A DNA stretch of 64,000 nt from an uncultured Acidobacteriota bacterium (GCA_903832295.1 CAILAZ010000227.1:12998-76997); one strand, 5' to 3'. Positions 1-9,855 are shown, counted from the first letter of the stretch. Notes: a model not told the origin generated them from the sequence alone. Translations and numbers: made by a program.

Positions 1-456
1 AATGCAGATCAGCCGCGTCTTCGGCGTAATCGCCCGCAGCAGCCCCTCCGCTGGAAACTCCAACCCCGCGCCAGACTGCACCGTGCGCACCTCTGCTCCC
101 GTTGCCAGCGCATAAATCTCGTACATGCTGAACGTGGGCACCGCAAGCAGCGCCTCGTCTCCCGGCTCAAGGTAGGTCTCCGCCAGCAGGTGGATCGCCT
201 CGTCCACGCCGTTCGTCAGCAGCACCGCTTCCGCCGGCATTCCAAAGTGCCTGGCCGCCGCCGCCTCGCCCCCTTCGCGTTCCGGATACCGGTTCAAGGT
301 CTCCGAGGTCATCGCGCGCAGCGTCTCCAGCACCCGTGGCGAGCAGCCATCCACGTTTTCGTTGAAGTCCAGCCGCAACCCGTCTCGACCACCCAACGGT
401 GGGTGGTACTCCTTCATCGTCTCTACCGCGCGGCGCGCCCGCAACCCCGCGCTCAT
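1..456 (-). CDS. hisC: histidinol-phosphate aminotransferase, N-terminal 152 codons (3' end runs off window)
   Basis: Absent from the ORF track because there is no stop in the window. Hand translation of the minus strand from ATG at 456 gives [46 protein letters not shown]...LLTNGVDEAIHLLAETYLEPGDEALLAVPTFSMYEIY, a typical HisC N-terminus. ATGA start/stop overlap with hisD (453-456). Confidence 0.85.
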   Translation of the reverse strand, partial: MSAGLRARRAVETMKEYHPPLGGRDGLRLDFNENVDGCSPRVLETLRAMTSETLNRYPEREGGEAAAARHFGMPAEAVLLTNGVDEAIHLLAETYLEPGDEALLAVPTFSMYEIYALATGAEVRTVQSGAGLEFPAEGLLRAITPKTRLICI

Positions 457-1697
457 TTCTTCAGCCTCACCCGCACGCTCTCCGCGTGACCCTTCAACCC
501 CTCGGCCTCGGCCAGCAGCGTCACCGTCGGAGCAATCCTCTCCAGCCCCTTGCGGCTCGCCTCCTGCAGCGTAATGATCCGCACAAAGTCCATCACGTTC
601 AGTCCGCCCCGGTAGCGCGCCACGTTGCCCGTTGGAAGCGTGTGGTTCGGCCCGCTCGCATAATCGCCCACCGACTGCGGCGTGTAGTCGCCCAGGAACA
701 TCGAGCCCGCGCACTTCAGGTCATACACATCTTCGGATGGCACCGTCACGTGCTCGCCTCCGATTTCATTCGTCCAGTCCAGCGCCTGCTTGCGGCTCTT
801 CGCCACCAGCGCTACACCGCGCGCCGTCAGTGACTGTTTTGCAATCTCATTGTTCTCCGCCATCTCCATCGCGCACTTGATCACAGCTTTTGCCAGCCGC
901 GTGCTCGCCGTCACAAATATCGCCAGCGCCTCCGGATCGTGCTCCGCCTGCGCCACCAGGTCGCTCGCGATGAACTCCGCGTTTCCTTCCGTCGCGCAAT
1001 AGACAATCTCCGTTGGCCCCGCCAGGAAGTCGATACCGCAATCGAACGCCACCAGCTTCTTTGCCAGCGTCACATACGTATTGCCCGGCCCCACGATCTT
1101 GTTCACCCTCGGGATGCTCGGTGTCCCATACGCAAACGCCGCAATTGCCTGCGCCCCGCCCATGCGGTAAAACTCCGTCACCCCAATAATCTCTGCCGCC
1201 GCCAGGGTCTCTGCTGCCGGACGCGGCGACGCCACCGCAATCCGTTTCACTCCCGCCACCTGTGCCGGAATCACCGTCATCAGCACCGTGGAAGGCAGTG
1301 GATACCGCCCTCCCGGCGCATAGCATCCCACCGACTCCAGCGGACGGATCGCCTGTCCCACACGCATCCCCGGATAAATCGTCCGCACCCACGGGCGCGG
1401 CAGTTGCCACTCCGCAAAGTTCCGGATATTCTTCGCCGCCGTCTCAATCGCCTTCACAAACTCGGAGCTCACTTGCCCCAGCGCGGCCTTCATCTCCTCG
1501 GCCGTCACCCGCAACTCCGCGCTCGCGCCCAGCCCGTCGAACTTGCGTGCGTACTCCAGCAGCTTTGCGTCGCCGCCCTTGCGCACATCACCCACAATTT
1601 CCGCGACTGTCTTCTCCACCGCCGGGTTAAACGACTCATAGCGGTGAGCCAGAGCAACCACGGTCTCTGCCGCTTCTTCGCCCGCAAGCAACTTCAT
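453..1697 (-). CDS. hisD: histidinol dehydrogenase
   Basis: ORF 453..1814 trimmed to the ATG at 1697 ([21 protein letters not shown]...), which overlaps the hisG stop (TAATG). Full-length HisD-like sequence ([32 protein letters not shown]). Confidence 0.93.
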   Translation of the reverse strand: MKLLAGEEAAETVVALAHRYESFNPAVEKTVAEIVGDVRKGGDAKLLEYARKFDGLGASAELRVTAEEMKAALGQVSSEFVKAIETAAKNIRNFAEWQLPRPWVRTIYPGMRVGQAIRPLESVGCYAPGGRYPLPSTVLMTVIPAQVAGVKRIAVASPRPAAETLAAAEIIGVTEFYRMGGAQAIAAFAYGTPSIPRVNKIVGPGNTYVTLAKKLVAFDCGIDFLAGPTEIVYCATEGNAEFIASDLVAQAEHDPEALAIFVTASTRLAKAVIKCAMEMAENNEIAKQSLTARGVALVAKSRKQALDWTNEIGGEHVTVPSEDVYDLKCAGSMFLGDYTPQSVGDYASGPNHTLPTGNVARYRGGLNVMDFVRIITLQEASRKGLERIAPTVTLLAEAEGLKGHAESVRVRLKK

Positions 1698-2569
1698 TAC
1701 ATCACCACCTTGTTCAGCGGATACTCTACAATTCCCGTCCCACCCGCCGCCTTCAACCGCGGAATCACGTCCCGCACCACCGTCTCTTCCAGGATCGTGT
1801 TCACCGCCACCCACTCCGAGTTGCTCAGCGCCGAAATCGTCGGCGAATTCAGCGCCGGCAGCACTGCCAGTACCGCCTGCAGGTTTTTCTGCTGCACGTT
1901 CAGCATCAGCCCCACCCGTCCCTGCGCCGCAATCGCTCCCTGCAGCATCAGTGAGATGTTATCGATCTTCTGCCGCTTCCACGCGTCCGCGTACGCCTTC
2001 TTGTTGGCGATCACCTGCGTGTTTGATTCCAGCACCGTATCCACAATCCGCAGCCGGTTCGCCCGCAGCGAACTTCCCGTCTCCGTCACTTCCACAATCG
2101 CGTCCGCCAGCATCGGAGGCTTCACCTCCGTCGCCCCCCAGCTGAAGTCCACCTGCACCGGAACGTTCTTCCCCGCAAAGTAGTTCTTTGTCACCTCAAC
2201 CAGCTCGGTTGCGATAATCTTCCCCGCCAGGTCCTCCGCCCGTTGCACCGTCGAGTCCTCCGGCACCGCCAGCACCCACCGCACCTTGCCCCGGCTCTGC
2301 TTGGCGTAGATCAGGTCGCAGATCGTCTCCACCTTGCGCCCGCTCTCCACCACCCAGTCCGTCCCCGTCAGCCCCGCGTCCAGCACGCCCTGCTCCACGT
2401 ACCGGGCCATCTCCTGCGCCCGTATCAGCATGCACTCCAGTTCAGGGTCGTCCGTCGAAGGAAAGTAGGAGCGCCCATTCGCATAAATCTTGAAGCCCGC
2501 CGCCGCAAACAGCGCAATCGTCGCGTCCTGCAGTGAGCCCTTTGGAATTCCCAGCCGAATCTTACCCAT
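1697..2569 (-). CDS. hisG: ATP phosphoribosyltransferase (long form)
   Basis: 290-aa [31 protein letters not shown]..., with the C-terminal regulatory domain. 8-nt overlap with the hisI stop. Confidence 0.93.
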   Translation of the reverse strand: MGKIRLGIPKGSLQDATIALFAAAGFKIYANGRSYFPSTDDPELECMLIRAQEMARYVEQGVLDAGLTGTDWVVESGRKVETICDLIYAKQSRGKVRWVLAVPEDSTVQRAEDLAGKIIATELVEVTKNYFAGKNVPVQVDFSWGATEVKPPMLADAIVEVTETGSSLRANRLRIVDTVLESNTQVIANKKAYADAWKRQKIDNISLMLQGAIAAQGRVGLMLNVQQKNLQAVLAVLPALNSPTISALSNSEWVAVNTILEETVVRDVIPRLKAAGGTGIVEYPLNKVVM

Positions 2570-2906
2570 TCGAAACCTCCGCCGACTTGAACGTCATTTC
2601 CTTCGTAAAGCAGGAGCGCGTGCCCTCGTGGCACACCAACCCGTCGCCTTCCACCTGCACCTTGCACAGCACCGTATCGTTATCGCAATCGGTCGCCGCG
2701 TAGGTCAACCGCAGGCGGTTGCCGCTGGTCTCGCCCTTCGTCCACAGCTTGTTCCGCGTGCGGCTGTAAAAGGTCACATACCCGGTCTCCAGCGTCTTCT
2801 CCAGCGCCTCCCGGTTCATGAACCCCAACATCAGGACCTCGCCATTCCCGTCATCCTGCACAATTGCCGGAGCGAGTCCTCCCATTTTTTCAAAGTCGAT
2901 CTGCAT
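2562..2906 (-). CDS. hisI: phosphoribosyl-AMP cyclohydrolase
   Basis: ORF 2562..2960. Start moved to ATG 2906 ([10 protein letters not shown]...), which has an AAGAGG SD about 8 nt upstream; the ATG at 2960 abuts the attenuator U-run with no room for an RBS. PRA-CH-like core [10 protein letters not shown]...DCDNDT...CHEG. Confidence 0.85.
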   Translation of the reverse strand: MQIDFEKMGGLAPAIVQDDGNGEVLMLGFMNREALEKTLETGYVTFYSRTRNKLWTKGETSGNRLRLTYAATDCDNDTVLCKVQVEGDGLVCHEGTRSCFTKEMTFKSAEVSNG

Positions 2907-2960
2907 CGTCGCTACCTCTTCTTTTGCTGGCCTTGCTGGAGCACTCATCCTCAGCGGCAT

Positions 2961-2998
2961 AAAACAAAAAACCCGCTGGGTGTGAATTCGCCAGCGGG
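2961..2998 (-). terminator. intrinsic terminator of the his attenuator
   Basis: Minus-strand RNA: CCCGCUGG (2998->2991), 11-nt loop, CCAGCGGG (2979->2972), then UUUUUUGUUUU (2971->2961). It lies between the leader ORF and hisI. Confidence 0.75.
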
Positions 2999-3020
2999 TC
3001 AGAGCTTGGATAATTACCTT

Positions 3021-3098
3021 TTACAAGGTTCCACGCGCCTCCGCCGACAAAATCGCCGTATGGTGATGATGCGTGCGGTGATGGAGAGTGGAAACCAT
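3021..3098 (-). CDS. histidine-rich leader peptide (hisL-like), MVSTLHHRTHHHHTAILSAEARGTL
   Basis: 25 codons + TAA, read by hand; too short for the ORF track. His codons CAT CAC .. .. CAT CAT CAC CAT give 6 of 8 consecutive codons. An alternative in-frame ATG at 3104 adds MA. No clear SD. Confidence 0.7.
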   Translation of the reverse strand: MVSTLHHRTHHHHTAILSAEARGTL

Positions 3099-3111
3099 TG
3101 CCATTATGGTA

Positions 3112-3140
3112 TCTATACAGAGCGCACCCGGTCAACGCAA
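3112..3140 (-). promoter_or_regulatory. candidate sigma70-type promoter of the his leader
   Basis: Minus strand: TTGCGT (3140->3135), 17-nt spacer, TATAGA (3117->3112). The -10 ends 7 nt before the ATG at 3104, so the transcript could be leaderless or have a very short leader. Hexamer matches are weak. Confidence 0.3.
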
Positions 3141-3264
3141 AAAACGTCTCCCCACCGCGTCCCTGCCCTTGTCTTTCCCCGCCTCCAGTTACAATTCGTA
3201 ACGAACCGCCGCCCCGCCTGCGCCGTATCTTCATCTCAGTGCGTCCAATGAGCTAGGAGTCAGC

Positions 3265-3975
3265 ATGAGCGAACAGACCGGCGCCGTCGCCATCGAGGCC
3301 CGAGCCGCCAGCCGTTTCTACACCATGGGAGAAGCTACCGTCCGCGCCGTCGAAGACGTCAGCTTCCATATCAACCGCGGCGAGTTCGCCGCCCTCCTCG
3401 GCCCCTCCGGCTCTGGCAAGTCCACCCTGCTCAACCTTCTCGCCGGACTCGACCGCCTCACCGCCGGCAGCATCGTCGTCGCCGGCCGCGATCTCAGCAC
3501 CATGGACTCCGAGGCCCTGGCGCGCTACCGCCGCCTCACCGTCGGCATGATCTTCCAGTCCTTCAACCTCGTCCCCACCATGACCCTCGCTGACAATATC
3601 GAGCTCCCCCTGCGCTTTGCGGAAACCGCCCGCGCCGGCCGTCGTGACCGTGTCATGGAACTGCTTACCAACGTCGGCCTCTCCCACCGCGCCGGGCACA
3701 AGCCCACCGAGCTCAGCGGAGGCGAGCAGCAGCGCGCCGCCATCGCCCGAGCCCTCGCCAACAACCCCTCTGTCCTCCTCGCCGACGAACCCACCGGGAA
3801 CCTCGACAGCCGCAACGGTCAGGAAGTCATGACTCTTCTCCGCGACCTCAACCAGAAAATGGGAGTCACCGTTCTCATGGTCACCCACGACCCCTCGCTC
3901 GCCGAGCGCTACGCCCGCAAGTCGCTCCACATGGCCGATGGCCGCCTCGTCTCCACCGTGGAGGCCGCCCAGTGA
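3265..3975 (+). CDS. ABC transporter ATP-binding protein (MacB/LolD/FtsE-like)
   Basis: Walker A GPSGSGKST, signature LSGGEQQR, Walker B LLADEPTGNLD. GTGA overlap with the downstream permease. Confidence 0.9.
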   Translation: MSEQTGAVAIEARAASRFYTMGEATVRAVEDVSFHINRGEFAALLGPSGSGKSTLLNLLAGLDRLTAGSIVVAGRDLSTMDSEALARYRRLTVGMIFQSFNLVPTMTLADNIELPLRFAETARAGRRDRVMELLTNVGLSHRAGHKPTELSGGEQQRAAIARALANNPSVLLADEPTGNLDSRNGQEVMTLLRDLNQKMGVTVLMVTHDPSLAERYARKSLHMADGRLVSTVEAAQ

Positions 3976-5279
3976 TCCGCCAGGACCTCTTCGAACTCGC
4001 CGCCCGCAACATGCGCAACGCCCGCCTCCGCAACGCCCTCACCACCATGGGAATCGCCGTCGGTGTCGCCTCCCTCGTCGCCATGCTCTCCCTCGGCATT
4101 GGCCTCCAGGGCTTTGCCAACCACCAGCTCATGAAGTCCGGAATGTTCCAGACCGTCTTCGTCTCCTCCCGCCAGGACATGCGCAACATGGAGGAGAACG
4201 CCGACGCCAAGCCCGAAGAATCCCCCGCCCTCAATGACGATGCGCGCAAACAAATCTCAGCCCTCCCCGGCGTCGAAGAAGTAGCCCCCGAGGTCCGCGC
4301 CATGTCTGAGGTCGATTTCGGCGGCAAGTCCAACTTCACCCTCATCGCCGGACTCCCCCAGTCCGCCCGCGAAGAGGACTCCATTGAAAAGGTGAAGGGC
4401 CGTTTCTTCAGCTCCCCCACCGCCGATGAAGTTCTCCTCCAGCGCGACTTCGCCAAAAAGCTCGATCCCAATCCCGACGCCGTTCTCGGCAAAACCCTCA
4501 CCGTCCGCTACGCCCAGCGCCAGTCCGGAGACACCTCCTCCAGCTTCAGCATTGAGCGCAAGGAGAAGCAGTTCGTCATCGTCGGCCTTCTCGACGAGGA
4601 GCCCTTTGGCGGCATGCGCATGATCAGCCGCGCCCGCGTCTTCATACCCACCCAGACCGCCGAAGCCATGAACCTCATGCAGCCTGCTGACACGCAGCAG
4701 CTTGTCCGCTCCAGCCCCGGAGCCCGCACCTACTCCATGCTCACCGTCCGCATGAAGTCCGCCGCCTACGCCGAAAAAGTCGAGGAGTCCGTCAAACAGA
4801 TGCACTTCTCCGCCTACTCCTACCTTGACGCCACCAAGAGCATGCGCCGCTTCTTTGCCGTCCTTGACATGTTCCTCGGCATCTTCGGCTCGCTCGCCCT
4901 CGCCGTCGCCTCCCTTGCTATCGTCAACACCCTCATCATGGCCGTGCTTGAGCGCCGCCGCGAAATCGGCATCATGAAGGCTCTCGGAGCCAGCGACGCC
5001 GACGTCAAAAAGCTCTTCTTCGCCGAAGCCGCCACCATGGGCCTCATCGGCGGAGCCCTCGGTGTCACTCTCGGATGGCTCATCGGCCGCGCCATCAACT
5101 TCGGCACCAACATCTATCTCCACAAGATGAAGATGCCCGCCGAAAATCTCTGGACCGTGCCGCCCCTGCTCGTCGTCGGAGCCATCGTCTTCGCCGTTCT
5201 CGTCAGCGTCCTCGCCGGAATCTACCCCGCCGCCCGCGCCGCCAAGCTCGACCCCGTCCAGGCCCTGCGCTATGAATAG
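3972..5279 (+). CDS. ABC transporter permease, MacB/FtsX-type
   Basis: 435 aa with an N-terminal TM helix, a large extracytoplasmic domain and a C-terminal FtsX-type TM bundle (GIMKALGAS). Coupled to the preceding ATPase. Confidence 0.85.
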   Translation: MIRQDLFELAARNMRNARLRNALTTMGIAVGVASLVAMLSLGIGLQGFANHQLMKSGMFQTVFVSSRQDMRNMEENADAKPEESPALNDDARKQISALPGVEEVAPEVRAMSEVDFGGKSNFTLIAGLPQSAREEDSIEKVKGRFFSSPTADEVLLQRDFAKKLDPNPDAVLGKTLTVRYAQRQSGDTSSSFSIERKEKQFVIVGLLDEEPFGGMRMISRARVFIPTQTAEAMNLMQPADTQQLVRSSPGARTYSMLTVRMKSAAYAEKVEESVKQMHFSAYSYLDATKSMRRFFAVLDMFLGIFGSLALAVASLAIVNTLIMAVLERRREIGIMKALGASDADVKKLFFAEAATMGLIGGALGVTLGWLIGRAINFGTNIYLHKMKMPAENLWTVPPLLVVGAIVFAVLVSVLAGIYPAARAAKLDPVQALRYE

Positions 5280-6168
5280 CTCATATCGACATCCATCAAT
5301 CTACTTGCGCCTCGGCCTTCTGCTGGCTCTGCTCCTCGCCCTCGCGTCTCTCGCCGCCGCCCAGTCCTCCCGCGTCGAGTGCGCCACCCTGCCCAGCAAA
5401 ATCCTCGCCCGCGATGTCCCCTACTGCGTCATGCTGCCTCCCAGCTACGCCCAGGATTCTACCCGCCGCTACCCCGTCTCCTACTACCTCCACGGCCTCG
5501 GAGACAACGAGCAATCCCTCGTCAACCTCGGCGGATGGTCTATCTATGACCGCCTCATGCGTGAGAAGAAGATCGGCGAATTCGCCCTCGTCGCCCCCGC
5601 CGGATTCACCTCCTTCTACATCAACTCGCACGACGGCAAATCCCGCTACGAAGATTTCTTCCTCCATGAGTTCATCCCCGCCATGGAGAAGAAATACCGC
5701 ATCGGCACCACTCGCGCCCAGCGTGGCATCATGGGCATCTCCATGGGAGGCTTCGCCGCCCTTCACTACGCCTTCAAATTTCCCGAAAAGTTTTCCGCCG
5801 TCAGCGCCAACATGCCCGCCCTCATCGAGCACCTCCCTCCCGAACTCTCCCAGGAGTGGCAGCGCAAGCTCATGGGAATCATCTTCGGCAACCCGCCTGA
5901 CCTCGCCTACTACGAGCGCAACTCTGCCTTCCACCTCGCCCGCACCGCCCCCGCCGCCTCTCTCAGGCACATGACCATCTACTTCGACTGTGGCGCCCAG
6001 GACCGCTTCGGCTTCAACCAGGGCACAGAGGCCATGGATCATCTCCTCACCCAGCGCGGCATTCCGCATGAGGCCCACGTCTATCCCGGAGGCCATGATT
6101 GGCCCTTCGTCCTCGCGCATTTCGCCGCCTCGCTCCAGGCGCAGTCAAAGGGCCTCGGACTCAATTAG
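5272..6168 (+). CDS. secreted alpha/beta-hydrolase esterase (putative-esterase family)
   Basis: Signal peptide LLLALLLALASLAAAQ and nucleophile elbow GISMGG. 8-nt overlap with the permease stop. Substrate unknown. Confidence 0.65.
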   Translation: MNSSYRHPSIYLRLGLLLALLLALASLAAAQSSRVECATLPSKILARDVPYCVMLPPSYAQDSTRRYPVSYYLHGLGDNEQSLVNLGGWSIYDRLMREKKIGEFALVAPAGFTSFYINSHDGKSRYEDFFLHEFIPAMEKKYRIGTTRAQRGIMGISMGGFAALHYAFKFPEKFSAVSANMPALIEHLPPELSQEWQRKLMGIIFGNPPDLAYYERNSAFHLARTAPAASLRHMTIYFDCGAQDRFGFNQGTEAMDHLLTQRGIPHEAHVYPGGHDWPFVLAHFAASLQAQSKGLGLN

Positions 6169-6181
6169 AATTTCTGGCATC

Positions 6182-6928
6182 ATGAAGCACTCAAACCAGA
6201 TCTCCATCAAGCGGCGTGACCACGTCTTCGTCCTCACCGGCGCAGGCATCTCCGCCGAGAGCGGCCTTGCCACCTTTCGCGGCACCGACGGTCTCTGGGA
6301 GGGTGAGCACGTCGAAGATGTCGCCTCGCCCCAGGGCTGGAAGCGCGATCCCGAGCGTGTCTGGCGCTTCTACTCGCAGCGTCGCAAGGCCGCCCTTGCC
6401 GTCGCGCCCAACCCCGCGCATCTCGCCCTCGCCTCCCTTGAGCAGACTCTCGGAGACCGCTTCTTCCTCTGCACTCAAAACGTGGACAACCTCCACGAGC
6501 GTGCCGGCTCCCGCAATCTCGTCCACATGCACGGCGAGCTTTTCCAGTCCTGCTGTGAATCCTGTGACAACCTGCCTTTCACTGACACGCAGCTCTATGA
6601 GACTAGGGCCTCCCATCGTCACTGTCCCTGCGGCGCGCGTCTCCGCCCCAACATCGTCTGGTTCGGCGAAGTCCCCTTCCACATGGAGCGCATCCTCGAC
6701 GAGCTTCTGCGCTGCACCGTCATGCTCGTCGTCGGAACCTCCGGCGCCGTCCAGCCCGCCGCCAGCTTCGTCCACTGGGCGCGCGATCGCGGACACTCCT
6801 CCCTGCGCTCCTACTACGTCGGACCCGAGCATCCCTCCAACGCCTCGGCCTTCACCCAGCTTTTTGAAGGCCCCGCCGGAGTGCTGCTTCCACAGCTATT
6901 CGCCGTCGCTCCCGCAGATTCCCATTGA
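6182..6928 (+). CDS. cobB: NAD-dependent protein deacylase (Sir2 family)
   Basis: ORF 5990..6928 trimmed to ATG 6182 (MKHSNQISIKRRDHVFVLTGAGISAESGLATFRG...). Carries the QNVDNLH motif and Zn-ribbon cysteines CCESC...CPCG. Confidence 0.85.
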   Translation: MKHSNQISIKRRDHVFVLTGAGISAESGLATFRGTDGLWEGEHVEDVASPQGWKRDPERVWRFYSQRRKAALAVAPNPAHLALASLEQTLGDRFFLCTQNVDNLHERAGSRNLVHMHGELFQSCCESCDNLPFTDTQLYETRASHRHCPCGARLRPNIVWFGEVPFHMERILDELLRCTVMLVVGTSGAVQPAASFVHWARDRGHSSLRSYYVGPEHPSNASAFTQLFEGPAGVLLPQLFAVAPADSH

Positions 6929-6991
6929 CCTTGGGGTGCGCGGCAAACGACAATCGGAGTTCCCCCATCGTTTTTGGCGGACCCCCAAAAC

Positions 6992-7468
6992 ATGCTGATT
7001 TATCTCTGTGGCGCAATTGAATACTCCCCCGACCATGGCAAAGCCTGGCGGGCTGAGGTCACGCGTTCTCTCCACCAGCTCGGGCATCATGTCTATGACC
7101 CCGCGCTCGACGAGAAGAAAGACCTGACCGATCTGGAAGTCCGCGAATTTCGCGGATGGAAGCAAACCGACCTTCCCCGCTTCCAGGAAACCATCCGCAA
7201 AATCATCCAGTACGATCTCGACTGGATCGAAGAGCGCTGTGATGCTCTCGTCGCCTACTGGGACGAATATTCCTGCAAGGGTGCCGGAACTCAGGGTGAG
7301 CTCACCGTCGCTTATCGCCGCGGAATCCCCGTCTATCTCGTCACCGCTCTGCCCATCGAGCAGGTCAGCGGATGGATTCTCGGCTGCGCCTCGCAGGTCT
7401 TCCCCAACTTTGAGGAACTCCACAAATACCTGGCAGGGAAGCGCTCCCGTGAGCTCACCCTCGCCTGA
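6992..7468 (+). CDS. nucleoside 2-deoxyribosyltransferase / Rcl-like family protein (tentative)
   Basis: TTG-initiated ORF 6974..7468; the ATG at 6992 gives MLIYLCGAIEY.... The N-terminal IYLxG and the C-terminal GAGTQGELTVAYRRGIPVYLV resemble the NDT fold. Memory-based and weak. Confidence 0.45.
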   Translation: MLIYLCGAIEYSPDHGKAWRAEVTRSLHQLGHHVYDPALDEKKDLTDLEVREFRGWKQTDLPRFQETIRKIIQYDLDWIEERCDALVAYWDEYSCKGAGTQGELTVAYRRGIPVYLVTALPIEQVSGWILGCASQVFPNFEELHKYLAGKRSRELTLA

Positions 7469-7500
7469 TCGCCCATGAGCCTGATCGCCATGAGAACGCT

Positions 7501-7728
7501 ATGACGGACAATCCCCGCCTCGACCCCGCCACCGTGGCCGGTGCCCAGCGCCGTCTCGGATTCGTCGCATTTCTCTGGTGGATCGCCGCCATCGCCGGTG
7601 CCATTGGCATTGTTCAGGGTCTCTCTGCCGGATGGCTCCGCCTCCTCTTCGTCGGCATCTCCTGGGTGCTCGCAGTCTTTTTCAGTTACGCTTGGTGGGA
7701 AGTTCGCAAGGGACGGATGAAGCAATGA
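7501..7728 (+). CDS. small two-TM membrane protein, unknown function
   Basis: 75 aa with hydrophobic stretches [18 protein letters not shown] and [19 protein letters not shown]. Its TGA overlaps the tdk ATG (ATGA), consistent with translational coupling. Confidence 0.5.
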   Translation: MTDNPRLDPATVAGAQRRLGFVAFLWWIAAIAGAIGIVQGLSAGWLRLLFVGISWVLAVFFSYAWWEVRKGRMKQ

Positions 7729-8345
7729 ATTTTACAAAGGGAAACATCGGTTGGATTGAAGTTGTCTGCGGTCCCATGTTCAGCGGAAAAAGCGAAGAGC
7801 TTATCCGCCGCCTCCGCCGTGCGGAAATTGCACGCCAGCGCGTCCAGGTATTCAAGCCCGGACTCGACCAGCGCTACGCCGACGATCAGATCATCAGCCA
7901 CAGCGACTTCAAAATCGCCAGCATTTGCGTCAAAGATGCCGCCGACATGGAAGCCCACCTCGACCTCCGCAGTGAAGTCATCGGCGTCGATGAAGCCCAG
8001 TTCCTCGGCAACGGCATGATCGATCTCGCCGTCCGCCTCGCCGACATGGGCAAGCGCGTCATCATCGCTGGCCTTGATACCGATTACCTCGGCCGCCCCT
8101 TCCATCCCATGCCTGAGCTGCTCGCTGTCGCCGATGAGATCCAGAAGACGCTCGCCATCTGCATGCAGTGTGGCAACCCCGCCAAGCACACCCAGCGCCT
8201 CGTGGAAAGCCAGGAACTCGTCGTCGTCGGCGCTGCCGGAATGTATGAAGCCCGCTGCCGCCGCTGCTTTGAGCCCAACCTCGCCAATCTCCAGAAGCAG
8301 CGGGACTCCGCCACCGCCGCCCTTGGCCGCGTTGCCGTAAAGTAG
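7725..8345 (+). CDS. tdk: thymidine kinase
   Basis: ORF 7578..8345 trimmed to ATG 7725 ([29 protein letters not shown]...). P-loop, VIGVDEAQF, and C-terminal Cys pairs CMQC...CRRC. Confidence 0.92.
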   Translation: MNFTKGNIGWIEVVCGPMFSGKSEELIRRLRRAEIARQRVQVFKPGLDQRYADDQIISHSDFKIASICVKDAADMEAHLDLRSEVIGVDEAQFLGNGMIDLAVRLADMGKRVIIAGLDTDYLGRPFHPMPELLAVADEIQKTLAICMQCGNPAKHTQRLVESQELVVVGAAGMYEARCRRCFEPNLANLQKQRDSATAALGRVAVK

Positions 8346-8364
8346 CCGCAGCCTGTCCTCACCC

Positions 8365-8387
8365 AGCCCGCTCCGTGCGGGCTTTTT
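8365..8387 (+). terminator. intrinsic terminator after tdk
   Basis: AGCCCGC (8365-8371), loop TCCGT, GCGGGCT (8377-8383), then TTTTT. Confidence 0.7.
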
Positions 8388-8463
8388 CCTCGCCCGCATC
8401 GCTCGTGTTCTTTGAAATTTCATCGCGCGGTGCTAGAGTTCAACTCCGAAGGCTCCACTACCT

Positions 8464-9426
8464 ATGCGAAAACTTGCGCTCTGCCTCTCCCTCATCGCGG
8501 CTGCCATCTTCCTGCCCACTCTTGCCTCCACCTGGGGCGATGTCGGGCACACCACCATCAACCGCGCCGCCGCTGAAAAGATTCCCGCTGACATGCCCCA
8601 GTTTCTCCGCGCCGCCTCTGACCATATCGCCTGGGTCGGCCCCGAGCCTGACCGCTGGCGCTCAAATCTTGAAAAGCCGCTGAATGACGCTCAGGCCCCT
8701 GACCACTTCATCGACCTCGAATACGTCGATTGGCTCAAGCCTCTCCCCCCGGACCGCTACAAATTTATCCAGGCCGTTTATGAATATCGCGCCTCGCATC
8801 CCACGGCCGATGTCCCTCTGCCCGAGAAAATCGGCTTCCAGCCCTACATCACCATCGAGGTCTTTGACCGCCTCAAGGTCGCCTTCCGTGAGTATCGCCA
8901 CGCCCAGGCCGAGAAGCGCTCCACTGCGGACGCCGAGGCCAACGCCATCTTCTACGCTGGATGGCTCGGCCACTACGTAGGCGACGGCTCCAATCCCATG
9001 CACACCTCCATCCAGTACAACGGCTGGGTCGGCCCCAACCCTCACGGCTACTCCACCACTCACGACGTTCACTCCAAGATGGAGACCACCTTCGTCAACG
9101 CCAACCCCGAGGTCACGCACATCTCCAACCTCGTCGGCGCGCCCAAACATCTCGACCATCCCTTTGACGACTATCTCGCCTACCTGCGTGAATCCCAGTC
9201 CAATGTCGAGCGCGCCTACGAACTCGAGAAGCTCTGCGGCTTTGACGGTCACGGCTCTCCCGAATCCCGCGAGTTCATCCGCCAGCAGCTTGCCCGCGGC
9301 TCCCAGATGCTCCTCAACCTCTGGTACACCGCATGGATCGACTCTGCCCAGGACCCCGAGCTGTGGCATGGCGAAAAGCGCGAGCCCCGCGTCTGCACCG
9401 CTCCCGCGAAAGCGGCCAGGGAATAG
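8464..9426 (+). CDS. secreted S1/P1-type nuclease / zinc phospholipase-C-like protein
   Basis: Signal peptide followed by WGDVGHTT (the mature N-terminal WGxxGH of S1/P1 nucleases), then PDHFIDLE and GHYVGDGSNPMH metal-ligand motifs. Confidence 0.7.
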   Translation: MRKLALCLSLIAAAIFLPTLASTWGDVGHTTINRAAAEKIPADMPQFLRAASDHIAWVGPEPDRWRSNLEKPLNDAQAPDHFIDLEYVDWLKPLPPDRYKFIQAVYEYRASHPTADVPLPEKIGFQPYITIEVFDRLKVAFREYRHAQAEKRSTADAEANAIFYAGWLGHYVGDGSNPMHTSIQYNGWVGPNPHGYSTTHDVHSKMETTFVNANPEVTHISNLVGAPKHLDHPFDDYLAYLRESQSNVERAYELEKLCGFDGHGSPESREFIRQQLARGSQMLLNLWYTAWIDSAQDPELWHGEKREPRVCTAPAKAARE

Positions 9427-9428
9427 CC

Positions 9429-9839
9429 ATGCCACTCACCCCGCAGCAGCTCGCCCAACTCATGGAAGCCGCGCAGAAGGCCACCGAGACCGCCTATGCG
9501 CCCTTCAGCAACTTCCACGTCGGAGCCGCCATCCTCACCCATGACGGACAGCTCTTCACCGGATGCAACGTGGAGAACTCCTCCTTCGGCCTCACCAACT
9601 GCGCTGAGCGCACCGCCATCTTCTCCGCCGTCGCCGCCGGAGCTCTCTCCGCTCAGCACGACCTCGTCGCCGTCGCCGTCGTCCATCGCGAAGGCGCAAT
9701 CTGCTCTCCCTGCGGAGCCTGCCGCCAGGTCATCTTTGAATTCGGTCCTGCCGCCGTCGTCATCTACCGCGCCCACAGCGGCGAAATCGCCCAAACCCTG
9801 GCTCGCGATCTCCTCCCGGAAGGCTTCCGCCTCCGCTAG
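9429..9839 (+). CDS. cdd: cytidine deaminase
   Basis: ORF 9333..9839 trimmed to ATG 9429 (MPLTPQQLAQLMEAAQKATETAYAPFSNFHVGAA...). Zn motifs NCAERTA and CSPCGACRQ. Confidence 0.9.
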   Translation: MPLTPQQLAQLMEAAQKATETAYAPFSNFHVGAAILTHDGQLFTGCNVENSSFGLTNCAERTAIFSAVAAGALSAQHDLVAVAVVHREGAICSPCGACRQVIFEFGPAAVVIYRAHSGEIAQTLARDLLPEGFRLR

Positions 9840-9855
9840 CTCGCGCACAAACACA

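Noticed and set aside
2890-3234. The 114-aa minus-strand ORF spanning the his leader region
   Set aside because: It is Arg/Gly-rich low-complexity sequence in a different frame from the His leader. It overlaps the terminator and the hisI start, so it is a shadow ORF.
6182-6928. The Sir2-domain protein as part of an anti-phage system (Thoeris/DSR/SIR2-HerA-like)
   Set aside because: It is a short (248 aa) canonical CobB sirtuin with the Zn-ribbon and NAD motifs. It has no TIR, HerA, SLOG or Argonaute partner, and its context is housekeeping.
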